From a virus: DNA of 64,000 nucleotides. The position numbers and the translations under genes are program-made. How positions within the stretch are numbered: position 1 is the stretch's first letter; the number at the start of each line of letters is the position of its first letter. Positions 1 to 9,213 of this stretch are shown in pieces. Below the pieces are notes generated by a model that was given only the letters and a program-made list of their open reading frames with translations, was not told the origin of the DNA and searched no databases. The stretch lies in the IMG/VR virus record IMGVR_UViG_3300036832_000827, positions 4,916 through 68,915 of that record; one strand, written 5' to 3'.

Positions 1-1
1 A

Positions 2-1177
2 GACAAAAGCCTCAAAGCGCGAAGCGAAACCGTTGGCCCTCTGGTAGTCGTCGCCTACGAAAAGTTCCATTTTGCGTTTCTTGAATTCGGCGACCTCGGG
101 CGTGTCGTCACGGTGGACCTCAAGCCCGGTCGTTCTTCGGATATGCGGGGTGAATTTTTCCTCGATCACCTTTTGATAATCGTTTCCCACCCGGTCGAGT
201 TCGGCGAGGAGCTTTTTCTGCTCTTCCGTTTTCCCGGTCTCGTTGATCTTTTCGACGTTCTTTTCGAGGCTGGCGAGTTTCTCCGACAATTCGCTCTTGA
301 TCTGGCCTTCGGCGATCGCTTTGGCTTCGAGCCCACGGATCGTCTGTGCCATCTTCATCTCGCGTTCGTCGACGAACTGGTCGTCGTTTTTCTCGTCGCG
401 CCAATTGAAGTCGATGACAGAGTCGAGGTCGCGCGTAAGCTCGGCGAGATCTTTCGGGGTCGGGCTTGCGGTCTCCGCTCGTTTGGCAGCGGCCGGTGTC
501 TCCACTTTCCCGTTCCCGAACACGATCTCATCGAGATTCGGCACCTTGTCGGGCGAATATTGCCAGTCCGGGTCGCGGCTCAACTGTTTGAGCGCGTAGA
601 TCCGGTGAAAAGCGATGTCGGGGTTTTCGTCGACCAGGCGGTGCGCCTCAAAAGACGCCAGCTCGCCGGTCTTTTCGTCACCTATGAAGTCGCTCAGCTT
701 ATCGTGGAATTCAGCGACGGGAATATTCCCGTATTTGAAGTCCTTGGCTGGGGCGTAGACGCGTTCGGCCCTTTGGAGATACGACTTGGCGGTCGCATTG
801 CGCTGACTTTTCAGCATTTCCTCCGCGTCTTGTTTGTCTACGTCTTCCTCGGTCGGCTCCTTTGGCTTCTCCGCTTTTTTCTCGTCCGGTTTGTCGTCCT
901 CGTCGAAAGCTTCGGCGATGGCCTTTTCTTCGTCGTCGGGTTCTTCGCCGTCCTCTTTCTTTTCCTTCGATTCGTCGCTTTTATCAACGTCTGTGGTTTT
1001 CTTATCGTCGGGTTTATCGGGTTCCTCTTTGCCGAAGTCTTCCCACGGATCGCCGCCTATGGACGGCATCTCGGTCTTTGAAGGCTCGGCTGGAGGCGTT
1101 GTCGATCCGGCTGGCTCGGCCGGGGCGGGAGTTGTCGCACCCTCGGCTGCGGTCGGATCTTTTTCTGTGTCGCCCAT
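2..1177 (-). CDS. Putative capsid scaffolding protein (partial, runs off window start)
   Basis: Not in the ORF track, presumably because it has no stop inside the window. ATG at 1177 with AAGGAGA RBS; reads MGDTEKDPTAAEGATTPAPAEP...; very acidic, low complexity; directly downstream of the portal. Confidence 0.55.
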   Translation of the reverse strand, partial: MGDTEKDPTAAEGATTPAPAEPAGSTTPPAEPSKTEMPSIGGDPWEDFGKEEPDKPDDKKTTDVDKSDESKEKKEDGEEPDDEEKAIAEAFDEDDKPDEKKAEKPKEPTEEDVDKQDAEEMLKSQRNATAKSYLQRAERVYAPAKDFKYGNIPVAEFHDKLSDFIGDEKTGELASFEAHRLVDENPDIAFHRIYALKQLSRDPDWQYSPDKVPNLDEIVFGNGKVETPAAAKRAETASPTPKDLAELTRDLDSVIDFNWRDEKNDDQFVDEREMKMAQTIRGLEAKAIAEGQIKSELSEKLASLEKNVEKINETGKTEEQKKLLAELDRVGNDYQKVIEEKFTPHIRRTTGLEVHRDDTPEVAEFKKRKMELFVGDDYQRANGFASRFEAFV

Positions 1178-1245
1178 ACTGCTCTCCTTGTTTTCCCGCG
1201 TGTGAAACTCAGCATCCTTTCGGATCTCACGCGCGGGCAATTCGT

Positions 1246-4083
1246 CTAAGCTGCTGCTTTCGCCTTGTTATTGGCGATCGCGGTCTTGGCCGCTATGTCG
1301 GCCCGATTCATCTCTTGCTGCGTGGCGAGTGTGGCGGCGTGTATCCGCTCCTTGCTCGCCAGTTGCTCGTTTTGCATCGCTGCGGCGTGCTGGCGATCGG
1401 CGTCCTGGTTGTTGTAATCGGCCAGGGCTCCGGCGACCTGCATCTGTTTCTGCTCGTTCATATTCTGCTGCTGGACGGCCATCTGCTGATTCTGCATTTC
1501 CTGCATCGGGGCCATTCCGGCCTGTGCGGTGGCCGTTGTGATCTGCTGCTGTTTAGCGACTCCGCCCTGATGCTGCATATAGCGAAGGGCGACCGTCGCG
1601 AGTAAGAGGTTCGAGGCGTTCTGGCCTTCGTCGCTCGCTCTCCAGTCTTTGAGAATGTCCTGGATGGCGGAGTGATTATCGAGAAAGATGTCGACCGGCA
1701 TCGCCGCATGTTTGTCGACCATCTGTGCAGCCTGGAGGGCCGGGCTCGGCATCATCGCCGGCTGGCCCGTCTGAGGATCGGCGGCTCCTGACGGATCGGG
1801 CACGGGCGAAAGATCGTTCGTCGGAACATCGCCGTACTGCTGGATGAACATGTCGCAGAGCATCCTGTAGCGGGCGATAAGGCGATAGGTCGAGCTTCGC
1901 TCGGTCTGCCATCCGCCCAAAAATTCCGGCATCCCGAAAACTTCCGAGGCGTATGCGATCAATTCCGGATTCTGCGACTGGATGATTATCGGAAGGATCT
2001 GAGCGAAGGCCATCATCTTCGACTGCATTTGTGCGTCGGACTTTGGCATCCACGAGCCCGGTACGATCGTGACGATCAGATCTTCGCGAATATTGATCTG
2101 GCGAAACTTTTCGACGCCCGCCTGGTCATGCGAGCCTTTGTAGCGTTCCCAGTCCTGCGGCGTGTTGTACTTCTGCTCGATCTCCAGGAATTGATAGGCT
2201 TGCGGCCGGTCTAGTAGATCGGCCATAAGTTCCAGGTCGGGTGAGAAACGTCCAACGGCAAGGTCACGCTTGATAGAGATCGCGGTAGCGGTGTCTCCCC
2301 ACTTCTGCGCATCTGCCAGGCCGCCTGCTCCGGTGCCTGAGAGAGCGCCGATCTTGTTTTGCATGTCGCCTTTGGTGACGTCCGTGAGGCCGTAGATCTC
2401 GGAGGAGAGCTGTAGGGCCGGTGCGGTCGCGTAGCCGTAGCCGATGACTGACGGGATGCCCGGCTCAAGCGAGAATTTTGTCGGTATTTGGGGATCGGCC
2501 GAAAGTTCTGAAATGATCTCGTCATTTATAAATTCTCGCGGGACGCCGTTGGACCAGGCATTTGCCATGACCAGGCGGCGGAGGTCGTTAATGAGCTCCT
2601 GGTCGGTGAGAGCGACGCTCGATCCGGTGCCGTACATCGATCCGGCGCGGATACCGTAGGGCGATGACGTCCATTTGCTGTTTTTGCACTCGTTGAACAT
2701 GTCGACGATCAGGTCTTCGCAGTGGGCGTACCAGAGACCGTGCTCGTACATCGAACCGAGCGGTTTCCCGGCCTTGAGCGTGCGGCCGTCGCCAAGCGGC
2801 ATGTCCTCGTCGAAACTCTTCATGCAGATCAATTCGTAGTCGAGCCAAACCTGATGGAATTCCAGTTCTTCAAGTTCGTCGAGACCTTGCGACATCCGCG
2901 AGCGCATCCCGGTGTCGTCGTAGAGCGTCTCGCTGCGCCAGTTCGCGTTCGAGCCCGGCGTCGATCTCTGTTGACCTGCGATATATCGCAGTTCGAGCGA
3001 CTTGACCTCGGCCGATGGCAGCTTGAGGTCCTTGTAGCGTTCCTGGAGCACGCTGCGCAGCACGATCTGTTTCCATTTCAGGAAGGGCGTCTCTTCGATA
3101 CGTGACGCCGACATCGAAACGATGATCGATGCCGGATTCGGAACTATCCAGCAACTCTTGCAGTGCGGGAGGTCCTGGTAGCCGATGACGACGTCGGTGT
3201 CGTCTTCCCCGCTGCCGCCGTACTCGTTGAACATCTCCGAGCCGCAACTGAGGCACTTGTCCGGAGCGTTCCCCGTGCCGATGTCCGGAAGTTCCGGCTT
3301 TGGTCTCATGCACATCGCGCAGATCTTGACGCTCTGTGCACTTTTTGGCCCCTCATCCGAGGCGGGGCTTTGTGCGGTCTCTTCGGCTTGTTCCTGGTCG
3401 GGCGGTTCGCCGTACTCTTCACTGGCCGGCTCGGCCTGCTCGTTTGCGAGCTCACTTCGCTTTTTTATGATCGGGATCTTCTCTTTCCTGGCGCTTGTGT
3501 CCGAGCCTGAGAATTCCGGATACGTGTATCTGTAGGTGATGCCGTTCAGGAGGGCGTAGCAGTTCTCCGTCTGCTTTAAGAGAGCGCTGAAGGTTTGGGC
3601 CTGGATCGCGTCGTATCTCTTTTGGGCGAAGTTTGCCGCCGCCGTCATTTCTTCGTCATCGTCGTTTGCCGGCGTGATAACGACCTCGGTCTGCGTTCGC
3701 GCGAGTTCCATCAGCGCCGTACGCCAATATGGATAAAGCTGATTGTCCGTGTACCAGATCTCGTCCGGTCCGCGATCGACCTGCACCCAGTTGAGATCCG
3801 AATCGATGTAGCCGAAAAAATTCCCGTCGAAATATTGATGGGCCTTGATCTGCGAGCGAACATGCCTGAGCCGTTTCTCGTGATCGAGGCCCTCTATATC
3901 ATTCGACAACTGGATGAGCCACTTGGACAGCTTCTCGCCTACCGGCTTGTCCGCTTTTAAGTCATCGCGGGCCTCTTGGAGCCTGTCTTTGTTGTCCTCA
4001 TCCAGGGGTGGAGAAGGCACACCGGAACCGGTCGGCGAAGAGCCGTAGTTCTTTGGCGTGCCTCCTCCGCTGTCGTATGCCAT
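1246..4083 (-). CDS. Portal protein (podovirus-type), 945 aa
   Basis: Size, position downstream of TerL and upstream of the scaffold-like gene, Q/M-rich helical C-terminus typical of P22-like portals; internal acidic/CxxC insertion. Confidence 0.7.
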   Translation of the reverse strand: MAYDSGGGTPKNYGSSPTGSGVPSPPLDEDNKDRLQEARDDLKADKPVGEKLSKWLIQLSNDIEGLDHEKRLRHVRSQIKAHQYFDGNFFGYIDSDLNWVQVDRGPDEIWYTDNQLYPYWRTALMELARTQTEVVITPANDDDEEMTAAANFAQKRYDAIQAQTFSALLKQTENCYALLNGITYRYTYPEFSGSDTSARKEKIPIIKKRSELANEQAEPASEEYGEPPDQEQAEETAQSPASDEGPKSAQSVKICAMCMRPKPELPDIGTGNAPDKCLSCGSEMFNEYGGSGEDDTDVVIGYQDLPHCKSCWIVPNPASIIVSMSASRIEETPFLKWKQIVLRSVLQERYKDLKLPSAEVKSLELRYIAGQQRSTPGSNANWRSETLYDDTGMRSRMSQGLDELEELEFHQVWLDYELICMKSFDEDMPLGDGRTLKAGKPLGSMYEHGLWYAHCEDLIVDMFNECKNSKWTSSPYGIRAGSMYGTGSSVALTDQELINDLRRLVMANAWSNGVPREFINDEIISELSADPQIPTKFSLEPGIPSVIGYGYATAPALQLSSEIYGLTDVTKGDMQNKIGALSGTGAGGLADAQKWGDTATAISIKRDLAVGRFSPDLELMADLLDRPQAYQFLEIEQKYNTPQDWERYKGSHDQAGVEKFRQINIREDLIVTIVPGSWMPKSDAQMQSKMMAFAQILPIIIQSQNPELIAYASEVFGMPEFLGGWQTERSSTYRLIARYRMLCDMFIQQYGDVPTNDLSPVPDPSGAADPQTGQPAMMPSPALQAAQMVDKHAAMPVDIFLDNHSAIQDILKDWRASDEGQNASNLLLATVALRYMQHQGGVAKQQQITTATAQAGMAPMQEMQNQQMAVQQQNMNEQKQMQVAGALADYNNQDADRQHAAAMQNEQLASKERIHAATLATQQEMNRADIAAKTAIANNKAKAAA

Positions 4084-4088
4084 CGGCT

Positions 4089-4565
4089 TTAATTGCCGGC
4101 TGCCTTAGCGGCCTTTCTCGTTTCCGTTAGGTGAGCTTTAAGCTCCGCGTCCTCGCCCTCGGGTATCAGGAACGCGCCGTCCAGGTTGCACTCGGCCCAG
4201 CTCGTGCATCCATCGGGCGGAAAATAATAAGTTCCCGATGCCGGGTCCTTGATCTGCATCGCCTTGTTGAACGGAACGCCGTCGATCGATGCGAACGTGT
4301 AGCGTCCGCATGGCTGCCCATCCGGGCCTTTACACTTGTCGCCTTCGCGTCCGGGACTGAGTCCTATGTATCGGGCATCGCGTCCCAAAAGGTCGACAAC
4401 GCCGATCCCCGCAAAATTGGCTTTGGCCACCGGGTTGCTGGCTTCTACTTCTATTTCAGCCTCTTCTTCTTTTGTCAGATCCGTCGGCGATGCTGCCGGA
4501 GCGGTCTTCGCCGGAGCTTCTTTCGCCGGAGCTTCTTTCTCATCCTTCTTGTCGGTTGTAGCCAT
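4089..4565 (-). CDS. Hypothetical protein, 158 aa
   Basis: ORF with AAGGAGA RBS, in operon with the portal. Confidence 0.6.
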   Translation of the reverse strand: MATTDKKDEKEAPAKEAPAKTAPAASPTDLTKEEEAEIEVEASNPVAKANFAGIGVVDLLGRDARYIGLSPGREGDKCKGPDGQPCGRYTFASIDGVPFNKAMQIKDPASGTYYFPPDGCTSWAECNLDGAFLIPEGEDAELKAHLTETRKAAKAAGN

Positions 4566-4938
4566 TTGATTTCTCCTTATCTTTTTGGGTAGCGGCTTCA
4601 GTTAAAAATTCGGCAGCGACTGCGGGCGGCATCCTCTCGGGCGGTCTGTCAACCAGGCCGTCGCGTTTCTGCATCTCGTGAAATATCGCTTCTCTCGGAC
4701 TGACAATGCGGACGCCGGGCGTCGTTCTCGGCTGCGGCGGCGGTTGTCCGCGCGGGGCGTTCGGTATCGGATAATTCGGTGTAGGTTCGCCTGCGAGCGT
4801 GTCGTAGATCTTCTCGGGCTTTGGTTTGAACTCGATCTTTTCGGCGGCGCGCCCACGGCGTTCGCCAAGGAGGTAACCGACCGCAAATAGCAAAATGCCA
4901 ACTGCTGCCGCGAGCGCCGTGATCGTCCAGTTTTCCAT
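4540..4938 (-). CDS. Hypothetical membrane-anchored protein, 132 aa
   Basis: N-terminal hydrophobic helix (ITALAAAVGILLFAVGYLLG); first gene after the leader RNA. Confidence 0.6.
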   Translation of the reverse strand: MENWTITALAAAVGILLFAVGYLLGERRGRAAEKIEFKPKPEKIYDTLAGEPTPNYPIPNAPRGQPPPQPRTTPGVRIVSPREAIFHEMQKRDGLVDRPPERMPPAVAAEFLTEAATQKDKEKSNGYNRQEG

Positions 4939-4944
4939 TGCCCT

Positions 4945-5033
4945 AAAAAAAGAAATCGCCGCCCGGCGACCAGCGTGTTTATCACTGGTCTTTGGACGGC
5001 GATGACTCAGATCTGTGCCTGAGTTATGACCGA
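4945..5033 (-). promoter_or_regulatory. Late-operon leader RNA copy 1 (GCACAGAT hairpin followed by terminator hairpin and U-tract)
   Basis: Minus strand TCGGTCATA-ACTCAG-GCACAGAT-CTGAGT, then TCGCCGTCC...GGGCGGCGA-TTTCTTTTTTT; second copy at 54907-55007. Confidence 0.65.
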
Positions 5034-5247
5034 TAGGATATGTTTTTCAAGGGCGACAAGTTAGTGAAGAGACGTTTCATTTATCAAGATGTAGTCCCTT
5101 CGGGCATTCGCCCCTCTGGTTTTTGAAGGGCGCCGGGCTTGTTTCTAAGCAGTCATTCCCATTTTCGTTCTTTGATGCTTAGCTAAAACCCGGACTGCAC
5201 GCCCTCTGGTTTTGGATTATCACCTAGTGTGATACAAAAATGCAACT

Positions 5248-5288
5248 GAAAATAAAAGGGCCGGGAGTCTCCCACACCACCCGGCCCA
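5248..5288 (-). terminator. Rho-independent terminator downstream of the tas/array-1 transcript
   Basis: Minus strand GGGCCGGG...CCCGGCCC followed by TTTTATTTT. Confidence 0.6.
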
Positions 5289-5339
5289 CTTTCAAGGTTG
5301 CGGATTTTGGGGTCCGCACTCCTTGAAAACTTAAAATTG

Positions 5340-5892
5340 CTCGTTCACTGTGTGTGTAAGATCGCGATAATTAACTCGTTCGGACGTTGTGAAATTCAAC
5401 ATTTATAACTCGGTCATTGCAAATGAAATTCGCTCAGTATCACTCGTTCCCCACCTCTGAAATTCAGACTTGCTCACTCGGTCATCTTTCTTGAAATTCA
5501 GTTTTTCTAACTCGTTCTCATGGAATGAAGATCTAAACCCTTTAACTCGTTCTACGTATATGGAATTCTCGTATGCTAACTCGTTCGAATTTCAGGAAAT
5601 TCTTAATTCGTAACTCGGTCGCTGACTTTTGAAGATCGCACTCGTTACCTCGGTCGTCGATTTTGAAGATCAGCCTTGTTACCTCGTTCTATTGCCATGA
5701 AATTCCTTCGGCTGTAACTCGGTCATATATTATGAAATTCCCGCAGATTCACTCGTTCCTCAGTATTGAACATCTGTACAATTCACTCGGTCTTTGACCT
5801 TGAAATTTCCTTTACCATCACTCGTTCTAATTACTTGAAAGTCTCACCATTTAACTCGGTCGTAATATTTGTAACATCACCCTCAATCACTC
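5340..5892 (-). ncRNA. TIGR-like dual-repeat guide array 1 (16 units, ~34 nt period)
   Basis: On + strand alternating t(a/c)actcg(g/t)tc - 8 nt variable - tgaaattc (variants tgaagatc, tgtaagatc) - 8 nt variable; first repeat overlaps the stop codon of the Nop-domain gene. Confidence 0.9.
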
Positions 5893-6756
5893 AAAAGGGT
5901 CGTTCGGCGGCGCGATGTAATCTGCGTGCCCTTGTATCGCAATCGTGTACGGAGCGGCCGGACCCTTACCGAATCTATATCGATAGGCGATCTCGTGCCA
6001 GTGCGAAATAAAGAGTTTGACGGCTTTACGCTTTGCCCTGGCATGGATCTGTGCGGGCGGCAGCTTCCCGCTTGTGTAGTGGCCAAAGGCGTCGGTGTCG
6101 GTGCGGAACTTCTTCTGGCTTAGGATCTTTTTTGCCTCGTCGGCGTAGGCACCGGCGTCGTTTTGGGCCGTGTAGTATTCTTTGGCCTTCAGATAGATCT
6201 TTCCGTAAAAATCTTCTTCGCGTCCGGATTGTTTTACGAACGATTCGCCGATCTTCCAGAACAATACTTTCAGCCGGGCATTGAACGGCCGGCGCTCGCC
6301 TTTTTTCCATTCGACGTTCGGGTTGAGCCCTCCAAAGCTTTCGATATGGCCGGCTGTCGGAGCTTTTTCGATGTCGATATGAGCAAGGAGCCCGGCGGCG
6401 AGTACACCGGCGATCCCGGTTATCGACATCGACCAGCGGCCGACGGCATCGCTCTCCGCATAGGCGGTAAGAGCTCGTTGCAGTTGTTTTTCGAGATAGG
6501 CGGTGTTGTCGGCCAGCCAGCCGATGACGGCATGGGGCGTATCGGCCGCACCCGATGCCCGGACGCGTGCCGCTGCCCGGATGCGCTCTTCCTGGAGCGT
6601 GTAGTAGTAATCGACCAGAAAGCGGATCTCGTCTTTTGAGAGCGTGGCGGTCGAATCCTTGAGGTCTTTTGTGAGTTTAATGATGCCGGCCTGTTCGACA
6701 TCGGGGCCGGGTTCCGGGTCGGCGTATCTGATTTTTGTCGCTGTTGCTGTTCTCAT
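5887..6756 (-). CDS. tasA: TIGR-associated Nop-domain protein lacking a nuclease domain (TasA-like), 289 aa
   Basis: IS110/Nop-like C-terminal region (SITGIAGVLAAGLLAHID...GHIESFGGL...FNARLK...LPPAQIHARAKRKAVKLFISH) preceded only by a coiled coil; no DEDD RuvC or HNH motif seen; abuts the dual-repeat array. Confidence 0.85.
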   Translation of the reverse strand: MRTATATKIRYADPEPGPDVEQAGIIKLTKDLKDSTATLSKDEIRFLVDYYYTLQEERIRAAARVRASGAADTPHAVIGWLADNTAYLEKQLQRALTAYAESDAVGRWSMSITGIAGVLAAGLLAHIDIEKAPTAGHIESFGGLNPNVEWKKGERRPFNARLKVLFWKIGESFVKQSGREEDFYGKIYLKAKEYYTAQNDAGAYADEAKKILSQKKFRTDTDAFGHYTSGKLPPAQIHARAKRKAVKLFISHWHEIAYRYRFGKGPAAPYTIAIQGHADYIAPPNDPFE

Positions 6757-6761
6757 ATTTT

Positions 6762-7091
6762 TTAGTGTTTTGTATTATCCATCTCTTCCAAAAATTCCGA
6801 TAGTTCTTTCTGCATTCGTTCGGCTTCGGTCTCAAAATCCCCCTCGATCACTTTGTCGGCTATCTCCAAAAGCCGGCGGCTGGCGGTTCGATCTTTCGCC
6901 TTGAACACGATGAGCGGTTTTTCAAGCAAGATCGCGAATCCGACTTCAAGGGCGATCTTGATGTCGGCGCTTTTCTCGTTCGGTGCGATCGCGACGACAA
7001 GAGCGGAGTCGACGATCATCGGGCCGACCTCGCGCTCAAAGCGGGCCATGTACTCCATAAGATATTTTTGTTCTTCAGAACCGAAGGGCAT
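6762..7091 (-). CDS. Hypothetical protein, 109 aa (possible nucleoside deoxyribosyltransferase/TIR-like fold)
   Basis: ALEVGFAILLEKPLIV resembles the E-x-G-x-A-x-x-x-x-KP motif of that fold; co-transcribed with tas. Confidence 0.45.
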   Translation of the reverse strand: MPFGSEEQKYLMEYMARFEREVGPMIVDSALVVAIAPNEKSADIKIALEVGFAILLEKPLIVFKAKDRTASRRLLEIADKVIEGDFETEAERMQKELSEFLEEMDNTKH

Positions 7092-7306
7092 CAGGGTATC
7101 TCCGCTCGGAGCGTGCTGGGCGCGATCTCAAATTGCTCGATCAGGACTTTTATGACCATCAGGGCGTCTTCCTCATTCATTCCTTCGAAGGCTCCTGAGA
7201 ATTTGTCTTCCTGGCGCGAAAAAAAGACCGCGCAGATCGCATCACCGTCGTCCTTGGCGAGCTTAACAAGTGGGGCGATAAGCGTGTCATAATATTTGAT
7301 CTTCAT
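7091..7306 (-). CDS. Hypothetical protein, ~71 aa
   Basis: Likely start MKIKYY overlapping the upstream stop (ATGA). Confidence 0.5.
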   Translation of the reverse strand: MKIKYYDTLIAPLVKLAKDDGDAICAVFFSRQEDKFSGAFEGMNEEDALMVIKVLIEQFEIAPSTLRAEIP

Positions 7307-7722
7307 TGAATTTCGTCTATAAATTCCGCATCGAGCGGGTCGCCGCCTGTTACCTGGCGATCTTCGATCTCGCACATATGCTTGACGATCTGCTTGTGTC
7401 CTTCTTCGGCCTGGGCCCACGTTGAATATCGCATCATGATCTCGGCCTTCTGCCCGCGAAAGACGGCAGTTTCAAAAAGCAGCGGCGGCCCGATCCCGCC
7501 GTGGTTGTGATCGAGGCCCAGGAAAACGGTCGAGACAAAAGCGTCTCCGCTCAAGGTCGTTAGAGCAACCTGCCGATCGGCACTCTCGAACCACTCGGCA
7601 GCTTCGAGAAAATCCTCGCATGGAATGGCCTGGCGGTTCTCGTCCAGAACATAGTGCCTAATGCGGAGAAACTGCTGTAGTTCCCTTTGCCACTTTTTGA
7701 GTTCTTCCTGTAGCTGGCCCAT
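7303..7722 (-). CDS. Conserved phage hypothetical protein, 139 aa
   Basis: VSTVFLGLDHN...PLLFETAVF motif recurrent in phage hypothetical proteins. Confidence 0.6.
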   Translation of the reverse strand: MGQLQEELKKWQRELQQFLRIRHYVLDENRQAIPCEDFLEAAEWFESADRQVALTTLSGDAFVSTVFLGLDHNHGGIGPPLLFETAVFRGQKAEIMMRYSTWAQAEEGHKQIVKHMCEIEDRQVTGGDPLDAEFIDEIQ

Positions 7723-8578
7723 TGCCTACTTCTCCGCCGCTTTTTTTATCGGCCGCTTCCGGCTTACTACTGCGCTCCTTTTGTCGTGCTTCTTTTGCTG
7801 CCAGCTTGGCGGCGTCGGTGCCGTACCGGATCGGGACCTTCTTTGTCGTGCCGGAGTTGAAGATCTCTTCTATCATTAAAAGATTTTGGTCGATCTTTGG
7901 CCAGTACTGGAACATGTGTTTGTGCTCTTTCGCCCGCTCCATAAATTTATCAAAATTGAAGCCGACGCGCCCGAGGGCGATCAGCATGGCTTTTACAAAG
8001 ACATCCTGGCGATAGCCGCTCGTGTAGTCCTTAAGCTGGGCGAACATGGCCGCCTTTTTTTCGGCGTCGGCAATATCGGCGACGCGGAACTCGCCTTCGC
8101 GGAAGAGCTTTCGGCTCTCGCGCATGTCGCGTCCGGTCAAAAGGATGACGGCGACCTCATGAGGAAAGGTGTACTTCTTTCGAAATGCCCGATACGTTTT
8201 GTAGTGTTTATTGCCCAGCTCGATAAAGCTTCCGGCGTAGTCCTCATTTGTCCATTGCAGCGTTGTGTTGTTGAGCGTCTGGACGTCGTGGAGATCCATC
8301 TTCTCGCCGAACCGATAGTAGACCGGCAGTGCGAGTTCCCGCCTGGCCTCTAAGGTGTGCTGGCCGTCAACGATCTCAAAGGTCTTGTTGATAACGATCG
8401 GGACTTTCAGGTCGTGCTCCTCGATCTTTGCCTTGATGTTCTGAACATGGCCGAAACGAACAGGCCGGTTCCCCGGCATCCGTTTGAATTTGTCGTATTC
8501 CGTCGTTGTGTAGATCTTTGATTCCGGGTCGGTCGATACAAAAACCCGCTTGGGCGGCGGCGTGCTTTTTGGGGACAT
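7658..8578 (-). CDS. ParB/Srx-like N-terminal domain protein, 306 aa
   Basis: GNRPV...PIVIN...IVDGQH motif; first gene of the tas operon. Confidence 0.7.
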   Translation of the reverse strand: MSPKSTPPPKRVFVSTDPESKIYTTTEYDKFKRMPGNRPVRFGHVQNIKAKIEEHDLKVPIVINKTFEIVDGQHTLEARRELALPVYYRFGEKMDLHDVQTLNNTTLQWTNEDYAGSFIELGNKHYKTYRAFRKKYTFPHEVAVILLTGRDMRESRKLFREGEFRVADIADAEKKAAMFAQLKDYTSGYRQDVFVKAMLIALGRVGFNFDKFMERAKEHKHMFQYWPKIDQNLLMIEEIFNSGTTKKVPIRYGTDAAKLAAKEARQKERSSKPEAADKKSGGEVGNGPATGRTQKVAKGTTAVSPH

Positions 8579-8634
8579 GCTTCAGGATTCTCCTTTTCGT
8601 TTTGCTTGAGAGAGTGGTTGATTTATAAACTTTG

Positions 8635-8741
8635 CTTATATACCGTAATACTACGCACTGTCAATCGGTATTTATACGTATTTTGCCAAAAACCGACATA
8701 TAACACAACTATTGACTGCTAGTTTTTATGTGGTCTATAAT
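8635..8741. promoter_or_regulatory. Divergent sigma70 promoters (tas operon on -, RHH gene on +)
   Basis: Minus TTGACA(8664-8659)-18-TATAAG; plus TTGACT(8712)-18-TATAAT(8736). Confidence 0.6.
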
Positions 8742-8765
8742 GGCTCAAAAATCCCTTTGCGAAAA

Positions 8766-9005
8766 ATGGTAGACGAAACTATGACGAACCCACAGCGAAA
8801 GCGTCCTTCACTGATCGCTTTCAGCGCGGATGACGAAATGATAGATCGACTGAAACGGTTGGCTGCTCAGATGGGCGTGACGGTCTCGGATATTGCACGC
8901 TCGGCCCTTAGCGAGAAGCTGAATTCGCTCGAAAAGGCGATCGAGCGGGGAGAGCGTTTTGAGGTCAGGCGACCGCTTGGCGTGATCTCGCCGGTGGCGG
9001 GCTGA
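8766..9005 (+). CDS. Ribbon-helix-helix (CopG-like) regulator
   Basis: LIAFSADDEMIDRLKRLAAQMGVTVSDIARSALSEKL; start may be 8766 or 8781. Confidence 0.7.
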   Translation: MVDETMTNPQRKRPSLIAFSADDEMIDRLKRLAAQMGVTVSDIARSALSEKLNSLEKAIERGERFEVRRPLGVISPVAG

Positions 9006-9195
9006 CCGACGTTCTGGTGATCTCGAAATTGTGCTTCCAGGCGACGGTGAACCAAAGCCGGCGTAGTTCGGCGTAGATCGGTCTCGCCGTCTCCGCGTCC
9101 TCGCAAAGATCGATGATCGTCCTGAGCTCGACCAGAGCGCCCCGCGCCAGCGTTGATAAGACGAGATCTCGCATTTCCTTTTCGGCGTCGGTCAT
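8965..9195 (-). CDS. Hypothetical protein, 76 aa
   Basis: ORF starts immediately after the 3' end of array 2. Confidence 0.45.
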   Translation of the reverse strand: MTDAEKEMRDLVLSTLARGALVELRTIIDLCEDAETARPIYAELRRLWFTVAWKHNFEITRTSVSPPPARSRQAVA

Positions 9196-9213
9196 TTAGT
9201 TAAAAGTGGAAGA

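Noticed and set aside
113-1081. Long + strand ORFs (113-1081, 27089-28564, 43826-44872, 56041-57261 and similar)
   Set aside because: Antisense shadows of well-supported minus-strand genes in GC-rich DNA.
5553-5576. loxP-like (TACGTATA+GCATACGA) and dif-like (ATATATCA+TGTTGAAT, array 2) guide targets
   Set aside because: They appear only in the alternative join order, at 13/16 identity in AT-rich sequence; probably chance.
5766-6011. 81-aa + strand ORF across array 1
   Set aside because: Spans guide repeats and the antisense of tas; no RBS.
5887-6756. IS110/IS116 transposase (insertion sequence)
   Set aside because: No N-terminal DEDD RuvC domain or IS ends seen; the gene is embedded in a phage operon and abuts a dual-repeat array.
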